Below are positions 14,918 through 23,623 of a stretch of 47,188 bases of DNA, one piece after another. Source of the stretch: an uncultured Gammaproteobacteria bacterium (GTDB lineage Bacteria > Patescibacteriota > Patescibacteriia > UBA9934); contig CAYFMS010000001.1 in assembly GCA_964344415.1 (NCBI GenBank), positions 383,315 to 430,502 on the forward strand, read 5' to 3'. Below the pieces are notes generated by a model. It was not told where the DNA came from. It searched no databases and saw only the letters and a program-made list of their open reading frames with translations. Numbering within the stretch: position 1 is the first letter of the stretch; each line of letters begins with the position of its first letter. The translations under genes and the position numbers were made by a program.

Positions 14918-16930
14918 ATGAATTTCAAACTCAAATCAAAATATAGTCCAGCGGGAGATCAACCAAAGGCGATCGAGCAGTTAACCGATGGCATAAAAAT
15001 AGGTCTTGAAAAACAGACCCTTCTTGGTGTTACCGGTTCAGGAAAGACATTCACGGTTGCAAATGTGATTCAGAATGTTCAAAAACCAACACTCGTTATT
15101 GCGCATAATAAAACGCTTGCGGCGCAGCTCACGAATGAGTTCAGGGAATTTTTTCCAGATAATGCCGTTGAGTATTTTGTTTCTTATTATGATTATTATC
15201 AGCCAGAGGCCTATATGCCGCGGAGCGACACATATATCGAGAAAGAAGCTCAGATTAATGAGGAAATTGACCGTCTAAGGCATAGCGCTACGCAAGCTCT
15301 ATTAACGCGTAAGGATGTAATTGTTGTGGCTTCTGTTTCCTGTATTTATGGACTTGGCTCACCGAAGGAATATGCGAATGTGATTCTCCACATGGAAAAA
15401 GGTCAGGATGTGAATCGTGCTGATTTTATTCGTCAGCTCATTGAAATGTATTTTGAACGCACGAATGCTGATCTTGACCGCGGAAAATTCCGCGTAAAAG
15501 GTGATGTATTTGAAATCATGCCGATGAATGATCGTGCTTCTATTATTCGCATGGTGATTGAGAATGAAAAAGTTCATGACATTTTTCTACTTGATCCAAT
15601 TACGCGCAAAATTCAGGATACAAGTGAGGATTTTTGGCTTTTCCCGGCGAAGCATTATGTCGTTGGTTCTGATCAAGTTGACCGCGCGCTTGCAAGCATC
15701 GAATCAGAACTCACTGATCGCTTGGCAGTTCTTGAAAAAGAAGGTCGAGTTCTTGAATATGAACGATTGAAACGACGGACACGTTATGACATCGAAATGA
15801 TCCGCAATATTGGATATACGAATGGAATCGAGAATTATTCAAGGCATTTCGAGGGAAGAAAGGCCGGCGATCCCGCGGAAACGCTTCTGTCATATTTTCC
15901 AGAAGATTTTCTGACGGTTATTGATGAATCGCATGTAACGGTGCCGCAGATTCGAGCGATGTATGCTGGTGATCAGGCTCGAAAAGAAACACTTGTTGAT
16001 CATGGATTCAGACTTCCGTCGGCCAAGGATAATCGACCTCTTCAATTTGATGAATTCGAAAAGAGAACAGGGCAGACTATTTATGTAACGGCAACACCGG
16101 GTCCATATGAGCAAGAAGAAACAGATGCGACGGTTGAACAAATTGTACGACCAACTGGGCTTGTAGATCCAAAAACAACGATTCTGCCTGTAACGGGGTC
16201 AGAAGATTATCCAGGACAGGTCGATGATTTAATCGAAAGAATTAAGGATCGAGTCGATGGCGATGAAAGGACATTGGTGACAACGCTTACCAAGAAAATG
16301 GCAGAAGATCTTACAGGATATCTTGAAGACATTGGCATCAAGGTTCAGTATTTACATAGCGGTGTAGACACTTTGGACCGCATAGAAACGCTCACGAAAT
16401 TGAGGCAGGGGGAATATGATGTTGTTGTTGGTGTGAATTTGCTGCGTGAAGGACTTGATTTACCAGAGGTTTCGCTTGTTGCCATTTTAGATGCAGATAA
16501 GGAAGGATTTCTGCGCTCTACGACATCCCTCGTCCAGACCATTGGTAGGGCGGCACGTAATGTAAATGGTGAAGTTATTTTATACGCCGATCATATGACA
16601 GGCTCGCTCGAACGTGCACTTGAGGAAACGGATAGGCGTCGGAAAATTCAGCTTGAATATAATAAAAAGCACGGCATTACGCCGCAAACCATTCAAAAAG
16701 AGATTAAAGATATTCGCGAAATGATTGAATCGGGTGATAGGGAGGAGGAAATAAAAAATGTGCTCAATATTGAATTGTCGGCCGAGCCCGATGAAATTCG
16801 CAAGGTGATCAAGGAAAAGGAAAGGGAAATGAAGCTTGCAGCAGCGGACCTTCTTTTTGAAACAGCGGCACTTCTAAGGGATGAAATTGATGTATTGAAA
16901 AAGGAACTTGATATGAAAGAGAAAAAATAA
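14918..16930 (+). CDS. uvrB: Excinuclease ABC subunit B
   Basis: PAGDQPKAIEQL, GVTGSGKTF, YYDYYQPEAY and DESHVT, plus the C-terminal UVR motif AAADLLFETAALLRDEI. ATG at 14918 (the track starts at TTG 14912). Confidence 0.97.
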   Translation: MNFKLKSKYSPAGDQPKAIEQLTDGIKIGLEKQTLLGVTGSGKTFTVANVIQNVQKPTLVIAHNKTLAAQLTNEFREFFPDNAVEYFVSYYDYYQPEAYMPRSDTYIEKEAQINEEIDRLRHSATQALLTRKDVIVVASVSCIYGLGSPKEYANVILHMEKGQDVNRADFIRQLIEMYFERTNADLDRGKFRVKGDVFEIMPMNDRASIIRMVIENEKVHDIFLLDPITRKIQDTSEDFWLFPAKHYVVGSDQVDRALASIESELTDRLAVLEKEGRVLEYERLKRRTRYDIEMIRNIGYTNGIENYSRHFEGRKAGDPAETLLSYFPEDFLTVIDESHVTVPQIRAMYAGDQARKETLVDHGFRLPSAKDNRPLQFDEFEKRTGQTIYVTATPGPYEQEETDATVEQIVRPTGLVDPKTTILPVTGSEDYPGQVDDLIERIKDRVDGDERTLVTTLTKKMAEDLTGYLEDIGIKVQYLHSGVDTLDRIETLTKLRQGEYDVVVGVNLLREGLDLPEVSLVAILDADKEGFLRSTTSLVQTIGRAARNVNGEVILYADHMTGSLERALEETDRRRKIQLEYNKKHGITPQTIQKEIKDIREMIESGDREEEIKNVLNIELSAEPDEIRKVIKEKEREMKLAAADLLFETAALLRDEIDVLKKELDMKEKK

Positions 16931-17433
16931 TGGCCGCCAGCACCGCCACTCTGTGGTCTCGCTGGACGGCCCGTATATGTGCTGGTTGTCAATTGAAGCT
17001 TCGCTGTAATCTACGGTTACACGCCTGAGGTTGGCAAGGGTTTTCGACGCACATGGACAAAGCCCATGGCACGAGGTACCTTCTGCGGCGTATAGCGAAC
17101 AGATTACGAGTACGAAAGCTGCAGCATTCTTGATTGCTCGTCAAGAATAGATCTGCGGCTTCCGACGCAAACGAGGCTTTCTCCACGACGCAAACGGGTT
17201 TGACATTCCCGGATGCTGGAACGGGCGGCGACGGGGAGTCCGAGACATCTCTGACCAATTGGCCGAAGGCATCTGGATCTGACGTTGGAGTTCGCCAGTT
17301 GGACACTCCCGAGGAATGTTATCCCCGACGGAGCTTACCCCACCCGCTCCCAAGTGGAACACGAATGATCTCTCCTTCTATTATCAGTGCAGAAGTGCAC
17401 AGATAAAAACATCATAAAAAACACATAAAAAAT

Positions 17434-19944
17434 ATGCAAGAACACATTGTTATTAAAGGGGCTAAGGAACATAATCTGAAAAATGTTGATTTGAAGCTCC
17501 CGCGGAATAAATTGATCTGTTTCACAGGTCTTTCTGGAAGTGGAAAATCTTCTCTGGCTTTTGATACGATTTTCGCCGAAGGTCAACGGCGCTACATTGA
17601 ATCACTTTCTGCTTATGCTCGGCAATTCCTTGGACAAATGCAAAAACCAGATGTCGATGAAATCGAGGGTCTTTCACCGGCTATCTCAATTGACCAGAAG
17701 GCGCATTCGCGCAATCCTCGATCAACGGTCGCGACCGTGACGGAGATTTATGATTACCTTCGTGTTCTTTTTGCTCGTATTGGTGTTCCTCATTGTCCTG
17801 AAACGGGAGTGCTACTTGAGAAGCTGACCATCGATGAAATGGTGGATATTGTTCTTGCTGATAACAAAAACGCGCATAAAGCGAAAGGAGGTGTTCAAAT
17901 TCTCGCACGCGTTATTGATGGGCGAAAGGGTGAGTATTATCAATTGCTGTATGACTTGTATAATTCTGGATTCGCCAAGGTTCGGATTGATGGGGTCGAG
18001 CATCGACTGAATGAGAAGATTAAATTATCGCGCTATAAAAAGCATACGATTGATGTGGTTGTTGACACGATTCCGTCTACTGCGCTGCTTGATCCAAGCA
18101 AGGATGACCGTCAGCGATTATCGGAGGCGCTTGAAAAAGCGCTTGATGTTGGGAATCAAGTTGCATTTGCATTGTTTTCAGATATGTCAGAACGTCGACT
18201 TTCCGCAACGTTGACTTCGCCGGCAACAGGGAAGTCTTTTCCGGAAATTGAACCGCGTCTCTTTTCATTCAATAGCCCTTATGGTGCATGTCCAGCTTGT
18301 AATGGTTTGGGTGTGAAAGAGTTGTTTTCTTCAGATATTTGTGAAGTTTGTGACGGGGCTCGGTTGCGACCTGAATCATTGTCTGTGAAAATCTCTGGTG
18401 TCAATATTGTTGATTTGACGAATATGACCGTCGAACGAGCGCATGAATTCATTGAAGAAGTCGAACTCGATGAGCGGACGCAAGAAATTGCGGGAACGGT
18501 CCTCGCAGAGATTTCGAATCGATTGCGTTTTATGCTCGATGTTGGTTTGCATTATTTAACATTGAATCGAAAGGCTGGGACATTGTCTGGCGGTGAAGCT
18601 CAGCGCATTCGTCTTGCATCGCAGATCGGATCTCGACTTGTTGGCGCGCTGTATGTTCTTGATGAACCGACTATTGGACTGCATCAACGTGATAATGAAA
18701 AGCTCATTAAGACGCTCGAGGATTTACGTGATATTGGAAATACGGTTTTGGTTGTTGAGCATGATGAAGATATGATTCGTCGCAGTGATTTTATGGTTGA
18801 AATTGGGCCTGCTGCCGGGGCTCACGGCGGCGAAATTATTGCAGCAGGAACAACGCCAGACATTTTCAAGGATAAAAAATCAAATACGGCTGCATATTTG
18901 CGCGGTGAAAAACAGATAGAAATTCCAAAGGAGCGTCGTCGTCCGGGCAAGGATAGCCTGAAAATCAAGGGGGCAAAGGAAAATAATCTGAAAAATATTG
19001 ATGTCGAAATTCCGCTGCGTCGGTTCACGTGCGTAACAGGTGTTTCTGGAAGTGGAAAGTCTACGCTTATTTTTGACATTCTTTATAAGGCTATTGCGAA
19101 GAAATTACATCATGCAAAGCATCAGCCGGGTGAGCATAAAGCGGTTCTGGGACTCGAATATATCGATAAAGTCATTTTGATGGATCAGTCGGCGATTGGT
19201 CGATCATCGAGAAGTAATCCGGCGACATATACGGGTGCTTGGGGTCCAATTCGTGAATTATTCGCTGCGACAGAAGAGGCTCGGTTCCGTGGATATAAAC
19301 CGGGACGTTTCAGTTTTAATGTTCCGGGCGGGCGTTGTGATAATTGCGATGGTCATGGTGAAAATGCTATTGAAATGCATTTCTTGCCGACGGTATATGT
19401 GACATGTGATATTTGCCACGGGAAACGTTTTAATCGAGAGACGCTTGAGGTTGAATGGAATGGGAAAAATATTTGGCAAATCCTTGATATGACAGTCGAG
19501 GAGGCTGCGGAATTTTTCAAAGATATTCCAAATATCAATTCGAAAGTTAAAACATTGAATGAAGTCGGACTCGGGTATTTGAAATTGGGTCAGTCAGCGA
19601 CGACATTGTCTGGTGGTGAGGCGCAGCGTGTGAAATTGGCATCCGAGCTTTCAAAGCGGTCAACGGGGCGAACGCTCTATTTGCTCGATGAGCCGACGAC
19701 GGGTTTGCATTTCGATGATATAAAACAGCTTTTGGGAGTTCTACAGAAATTGGTGGACAAGGGGAATTCGATTATTGTGATTGAGCATAATTTGGATGTC
19801 ATCAAAACGGCAGATTGGATTATTGATTTGGGTCCCGAGGGCGGTGAGGGTGGTGGAACGATTGTTGCTGAGGGGACGCCGGAAGAAATTATCCGTACAC
19901 GCGCAAGTCATACGGGGAAGTATTTGAGACCGTATTTGGATTAG
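17434..19944 (+). CDS. uvrA: Excinuclease ABC subunit A, short form lacking the insertion domain
   Basis: Two ABC modules are present ([42 protein letters not shown]). At 836 aa, only 8 residues separate CPACNGLGV from CEVCDGARL, where E. coli UvrA has about 115. Confidence 0.97.
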   Translation: MQEHIVIKGAKEHNLKNVDLKLPRNKLICFTGLSGSGKSSLAFDTIFAEGQRRYIESLSAYARQFLGQMQKPDVDEIEGLSPAISIDQKAHSRNPRSTVATVTEIYDYLRVLFARIGVPHCPETGVLLEKLTIDEMVDIVLADNKNAHKAKGGVQILARVIDGRKGEYYQLLYDLYNSGFAKVRIDGVEHRLNEKIKLSRYKKHTIDVVVDTIPSTALLDPSKDDRQRLSEALEKALDVGNQVAFALFSDMSERRLSATLTSPATGKSFPEIEPRLFSFNSPYGACPACNGLGVKELFSSDICEVCDGARLRPESLSVKISGVNIVDLTNMTVERAHEFIEEVELDERTQEIAGTVLAEISNRLRFMLDVGLHYLTLNRKAGTLSGGEAQRIRLASQIGSRLVGALYVLDEPTIGLHQRDNEKLIKTLEDLRDIGNTVLVVEHDEDMIRRSDFMVEIGPAAGAHGGEIIAAGTTPDIFKDKKSNTAAYLRGEKQIEIPKERRRPGKDSLKIKGAKENNLKNIDVEIPLRRFTCVTGVSGSGKSTLIFDILYKAIAKKLHHAKHQPGEHKAVLGLEYIDKVILMDQSAIGRSSRSNPATYTGAWGPIRELFAATEEARFRGYKPGRFSFNVPGGRCDNCDGHGENAIEMHFLPTVYVTCDICHGKRFNRETLEVEWNGKNIWQILDMTVEEAAEFFKDIPNINSKVKTLNEVGLGYLKLGQSATTLSGGEAQRVKLASELSKRSTGRTLYLLDEPTTGLHFDDIKQLLGVLQKLVDKGNSIIVIEHNLDVIKTADWIIDLGPEGGEGGGTIVAEGTPEEIIRTRASHTGKYLRPYLD

Positions 19945-20019
19945 GGGATAGGGTGTAGGGGGTAGGGTTGCCGTTACAGATTTACAGATGGTACGGATAT
20001 ACGGGATCCATCGCCAAGC

Positions 20020-20044
20020 GTCATTCCGGCCTCCGAGCCGGAAT
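20020..20044 (+). repeat. Dispersed hairpin module GTCATTCCGG...
   Basis: GTCATTCCGGC-ctccga-GCCGGAATC. The 10-mer GTCATTCCGG recurs as its reverse complement at 7372-7381. Confidence 0.6.
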
Positions 20045-20102
20045 CCAGTGGAGTAGAACATGGCACGTATACAAAAATTGGTCCGTACGGACGAAAAAGT
20101 GT

Positions 20103-20152
20103 CAAAGAAAAATCCCCGCCTCACGTAGCCGTTGTGGCTTTGTGAAGCGGGG
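20103..20152 (-). terminator. Intrinsic terminator of GC-rich cassette 2a
   Basis: Minus strand reads CCCCGCTTCAC-16-nt loop-GTGAGGCGGGG (11 bp including one G-U) followed by ATTTTTCTTTG. Confidence 0.65.
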
Positions 20153-20169
20153 TCGATCCTGCGTGAGGC

Positions 20170-21138
20170 CTAGGGCGTCGCGCAGGTTTCGAATTGTACG
20201 TTCTGGAACTCGGCGCACATGGCGCCTTCCAGTTCGGCGACCCTGTCGAACAGGGACATGCCACCCCAGCTTGCGCCGAGATGGTAGCCGTAGTCCGACG
20301 TGATTTGACCCAGGATCATCTCCTGGACGCCCATCACGCCGACCCAGTCGGTCCCCTCGATGCCGTGAAGATCGTTCTCGAGCTCGTTCACCGAGCTCTC
20401 GATTCCACGTTCGATGCACCATTGCTCGTTCACGACATTTCCGTGCACGAGGCATGGGATGTCGTTCTCGACGCGAGTGATCCTCACATCGAGATCGAAG
20501 GTGTCGACGGACTGGTCGAGCACCGAAATCCGGTTGGTTTCGATCTTGTCCTGCAGCGACCAGAGGTCGGTGCCGGGATCGACGTGGAGCTCGTACCCGC
20601 TTGCGAGCGTACTTGCGTCGCTCGCTGCGATCGAACTCGACGGTGTACGCATCCGCGCGACCGTCGTGTTGAGCGCATTTGCGTTCGCTTCGAGGTCCCA
20701 GATGTCGACGCTCTGGTCGAGCGTTGCGATCCGGTTGGTTTCGACCTGCGCTTCGAGTTCCCAAACGCGCGCCTCGAGCTGACCAACCTCACCTTGGAGG
20801 ATGTTGATCGTGCTCTGTCGGGCCGGGCCCATCGACGTCTGTACGGTGGTGAAGACCTGGCGTTCCAGCTCCTCAATCCGCCCCTTGGCGACTACCAATG
20901 CAGCGCGATGCTGCATGACGGTGGTCTCGAGGCCACGCGCATACATTGTGAGCGATTCGAAATCACTCACGAGTGCGTCGTGGCGGCAGTCCCGCCACAC
21001 ATCGGTCCCTGCGGTCAAATGACCGCATTGGTCACCGCCCGCGTGTGCGGCAGTGGAACACATCGCCGCGCCGCAAAGCAGTACGACGATCACGATTCCG
21101 GCCATGCGGGCCAGGAGTCGGGTTGGGTAAATGGGCAT
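20170..21138 (-). CDS. GC-rich cassette 2a: exported Cys-loop / coiled-coil repeat protein, unknown function
   Basis: GGAGG lies 4 nt before ATG 21138. The signal peptide is MPIYPTRLLARMAGIVIVVLLCGAAMCSTAAHA. A C-x12-C loop (CGHLTAGTDVWRDC) is followed by heptad-like sequence with a 67-codon internal duplication (ETNRIATLDQSVDIWDLE / ETNRISVLDQSVDTFDLD). Sampled lines are 53-63% G+C. Confidence 0.7.
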   Translation of the reverse strand: MPIYPTRLLARMAGIVIVVLLCGAAMCSTAAHAGGDQCGHLTAGTDVWRDCRHDALVSDFESLTMYARGLETTVMQHRAALVVAKGRIEELERQVFTTVQTSMGPARQSTINILQGEVGQLEARVWELEAQVETNRIATLDQSVDIWDLEANANALNTTVARMRTPSSSIAASDASTLASGYELHVDPGTDLWSLQDKIETNRISVLDQSVDTFDLDVRITRVENDIPCLVHGNVVNEQWCIERGIESSVNELENDLHGIEGTDWVGVMGVQEMILGQITSDYGYHLGASWGGMSLFDRVAELEGAMCAEFQNVQFETCATP

Positions 21139-21200
21139 GTATCCTCCGAATGGCATTTTCAGCCAAAGTGCACGGAAATCTTGATGAAATCCGAGGGAAT

Positions 21201-21229
21201 AATGTACCAAAAAATAGCTCTTTTGTCAA
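21201..21229 (-). promoter_or_regulatory. Extended -10 promoter of cassette 2a
   Basis: Minus strand reads TTGACA-AAAGAGCTATTTTT-TG-G-TACATT. Confidence 0.55.
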
Positions 21230-21293
21230 GGTAAAATGCTATTTTTTTAGCCAAAACAAGCCAAAATAATTAAGTCCGACTTAAATTCTGAAA

Positions 21294-21333
21294 ATAAAAA
21301 TCCGCCCGTCACACTGTTGGCGATCGGGGCGGG
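21294..21333 (-). terminator. Intrinsic terminator of GC-rich cassette 2b
   Basis: Minus strand reads CCGCCC-loop-GGGCGG followed by ATTTTTATTTT. Confidence 0.6.
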
Positions 21334-21353
21334 TTGTCGTAGTTGTGTCTTGG

Positions 21354-22118
21354 CTAGGGTTCCGCGATCAGGGTCGGATACGTATACGGATCCTGACCAG
21401 AACTGGACCTCACGAGATCCGTACTGATCGTCTGAAACAATCCATCCTTAGCAATTCCTCCGTTTTTGAAGTTGCTCGAGGTGTAGATGTACTGCGTTTG
21501 GAAGTTCGCAGGAGTTGCCAACGTAGTTACGAAATCGCCGATCACAGCAACATCCATCGAATGGTTCTCCATGCCCGTGAAAACGCTGCCGGTAGCGGTA
21601 AGGACGAAGTCCCTGTCACCAGATCCATTCAGGAGCCCGACATCGAGCGGACCCATGCTCAGCGCGGCTGGATCGCCGACATCCGTCAAACGGACCAGGC
21701 GGACATTCACGAGATAGACATCGTATAGCGGGTCGACGGTGTCATTGATCGTGATCGGGAATCCGTGGAAAAAGGTCAGATCTTCGGTCCAGATCCTGCC
21801 CGTCCAGAGGACGATGTCATTCTCTGCTCCCGCATGCGGTTTAACCACAGATTTCTCATATCCCTCCAATTTCGTGGAGGTGATGTCGATTACATGATGT
21901 GGATCGACCTGCTGCGCATACAAATCGTCGACGTCCGCTTCGAGAGCGTCAACGCGATCTTGCAGTAGTGAACCGCTCGAGAGAAGGAAGAGAATTTGGC
22001 AATTCTGCCAGTCCTCACCTCCGCTCGTGTGCTGATCGCAGGGGGCCGCTTCCGCATAAGATGCGGGGATGATGAGCGCGGCGACGATCGCTACGAAGAG
22101 AAGAATAAGTTGCTTCAT
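21354..22118 (-). CDS. GC-rich cassette 2b: exported Cys-loop / coiled-coil protein with C-terminal beta-rich domain, paralogous N-terminus to 2a
   Basis: Start preferred at ATG 22118, giving MKQLILLFVAIVAALIIPASYAEA (signal peptide). The C-x12-C loop CDQHTSGGEDWQNC has the same spacing and the same T, G, D/E, W and D/N positions as in 2a. Confidence 0.7.
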   Translation of the reverse strand: MKQLILLFVAIVAALIIPASYAEAAPCDQHTSGGEDWQNCQILFLLSSGSLLQDRVDALEADVDDLYAQQVDPHHVIDITSTKLEGYEKSVVKPHAGAENDIVLWTGRIWTEDLTFFHGFPITINDTVDPLYDVYLVNVRLVRLTDVGDPAALSMGPLDVGLLNGSGDRDFVLTATGSVFTGMENHSMDVAVIGDFVTTLATPANFQTQYIYTSSNFKNGGIAKDGLFQTISTDLVRSSSGQDPYTYPTLIAEP

Positions 22119-22167
22119 TGCTTTTTCCTTTGAAGGATGTTGAACCTGCATGACCACAGGTGGCAGG

Positions 22168-22196
22168 AGAGTATCAGCTTTTACAACAAATGTCAA
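22168..22196 (-). promoter_or_regulatory. Extended -10 promoter of cassette 2b
   Basis: Minus strand reads TTGACA-TTTGTTGTAAAAGC-TG-A-TACTCT. Confidence 0.5.
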
Positions 22197-22241
22197 TCAT
22201 TTAATCATTGATTTTATTGCGAAAATAAGTCATTTTGGTAG

Positions 22242-22247
22242 TATAAT
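22242..22247 (+). promoter_or_regulatory. -10 hexamer TATAAT placed 6 nt before the uvrC ATG (leaderless-type arrangement)
   Basis: TATAAT-tcttct-ATG with no SD. Confidence 0.5.
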
Positions 22248-22253
22248 TCTTCT

Positions 22254-23585
22254 ATGGCAATTCCAGCTGAAATCAAGATAAAAAACAATGAACTTCCAGA
22301 TAATCCTGGGGTGTATTTTTATTATGACGAAAAGGGTGAGCTATTATATATCGGTAAGGCAACCTCACTTAAAAAGCGGGTGGGTTCATATTTTACAAAG
22401 GCGCATAATGGTCGCATTGCGGAATTGGTATCGCATATCGCGTGCATAGATTATATTGGAACGCCAACCGTGATCGAGGCCTTGGTTTTGGAAGCGAATC
22501 AGATCAAGGCAAAAAAACCGAAATACAATATTTTGCTTCGCGACGATAAGAGTTTTAATTATTTATGCATTACAAATGAAGATTTCCCGAAGCCATTTAT
22601 ACTCAGAGGGCATGATTTGGAGCGTATCGGAATCAATCCATTTGATAAAGAACTTTCAGATAAAGCTGCGGCGAGGTTCTTAGCTGTATTTGGTCCATTC
22701 ACATCGGGCTTGTCTTTGAAGAGATCGCTTGAGTATATTCGGAAAATCATTCCATGGACGACATGTGACAATCCAAAAATAACAGGACGAACACGCCCAT
22801 GCTTTGACCGTCAGATTCGAAAATGTCCAGGTGTTTGTACTGGTGAAATATCGAAGGCGGAGTATCGTAAAATTATTCGCGATCTTATTTTATTTTTCCG
22901 TGGTGAGAAAATGCAGCTCATCAAACGACTGAAGAAACAAATGAATACAGCGGCTAAGAATCAGGAATTTGAATTGGCGGCGAGCTTGCGTAATAAAATA
23001 TTTGCACTCGAGCATATAAAAGATGTGGCACTTATTACGAGAGAAGATTTTGAATTACCCGTTGAAAAAATAAAAGACCCATCGAGTATTGATTTGGATG
23101 GCCGGATTGAGGCATTTGATATTAGTAATATTTCAGGCACCTCTTCCGTGGCTTCAATGGTAGTTTTTGAAGAGGGAAGGCCGGCTAAATCGAAATATAG
23201 GAAATTTAAGATTAAGACGGTTGATGGACCAAATGATGTTGCGTCAATGCAGGAAGTAATGCGTCGTCGATTGCGTCGGGCGCAGCTTTACCCGAATGCA
23301 TGGCCGCTGCCGGAATTATTTGTCATTGATGGTGGTAAGCCACAGGTTGCGGCGGTATATGATGTGCTTCATGAAATGCAGGTAAATGTGTCTGTGCTTG
23401 GAATAGCAAAGGGTCCAGATAGAAAGAAAGATGAACTCATTTTTGACCGTGGCGACATACGTTTGCGAGACGTGGCGCTGCGCGGTAAGGGGATTTTTCA
23501 GCATGCTCGTGATGAAGCACATCGCTTCGCCGTTAAATATCATCGGCAATTACGATCGAGGAATTCTGGCATTAAAAGAAAATAG
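22254..23585 (+). CDS. uvrC: Excinuclease ABC subunit C, minimal form (GIY-YIG + UVR + RNase H-like endonuclease; no central domain, no C-terminal HhH2)
   Basis: PGVYFYYDEKGELLYIGKATSLKKRV (GIY-YIG), EFELAASLRNKIFALE (UVR), IEAFDISNISGTSSVASMVVF and ARDEAHRFAVKYHR. The protein ends about 15 aa after that motif; 443 aa versus about 600 for typical UvrC. Confidence 0.93.
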   Translation: MAIPAEIKIKNNELPDNPGVYFYYDEKGELLYIGKATSLKKRVGSYFTKAHNGRIAELVSHIACIDYIGTPTVIEALVLEANQIKAKKPKYNILLRDDKSFNYLCITNEDFPKPFILRGHDLERIGINPFDKELSDKAAARFLAVFGPFTSGLSLKRSLEYIRKIIPWTTCDNPKITGRTRPCFDRQIRKCPGVCTGEISKAEYRKIIRDLILFFRGEKMQLIKRLKKQMNTAAKNQEFELAASLRNKIFALEHIKDVALITREDFELPVEKIKDPSSIDLDGRIEAFDISNISGTSSVASMVVFEEGRPAKSKYRKFKIKTVDGPNDVASMQEVMRRRLRRAQLYPNAWPLPELFVIDGGKPQVAAVYDVLHEMQVNVSVLGIAKGPDRKKDELIFDRGDIRLRDVALRGKGIFQHARDEAHRFAVKYHRQLRSRNSGIKRK

Positions 23586-23590
23586 CAAAA

Positions 23591-23618
23591 AGATCCGAAC
23601 ATAGACCGGATCTTTTTT
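23591..23618 (+). terminator. Intrinsic terminator after uvrC
   Basis: AGATCCG-aacatagac-CGGATCT followed by TTTTT. Confidence 0.8.
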
Positions 23619-23623
23619 ATTAG

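Noticed and set aside
16989-17406. 105-aa, 90-aa and 73-aa ORFs in the uvrB-uvrA spacer.
   Set aside because: They are mutually antisense with low-complexity Pro/Arg/Ser-rich products. One has a possible AAGGAGA-N8-GTG, but nothing else supports coding. The region is kept as an unexplained noncoding region instead.
16931-17433. RNase P RNA, tmRNA or SRP RNA in the GC-rich spacer.
   Set aside because: GGGGAGTCCGAGAC and GACGGAGCTTAC faintly resemble the RNase P GGAAAGUCCGG and ACAGAANCCGGCUUA boxes. However, they are about 90 nt apart instead of about 290. There is no tRNA-like end for tmRNA and no SRP GGAA/AGCA helix-8 motif.
20194-21234. A 346-aa ORF on the + strand, the exact mirror of the minus-strand cassette 2a ORF. 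Further long ORFs lie in the same region (20102-20764, 20414-20782, 20484-20876, 20801-21269).
   Set aside because: High-GC DNA keeps several frames open. Only the minus-strand frame 20170-21138 has GGAGG-N4-ATG, a signal peptide, a promoter and a terminator in the right places, and G/C-rich third positions. The others have Arg/Ala/Pro-rich antisense-type composition.
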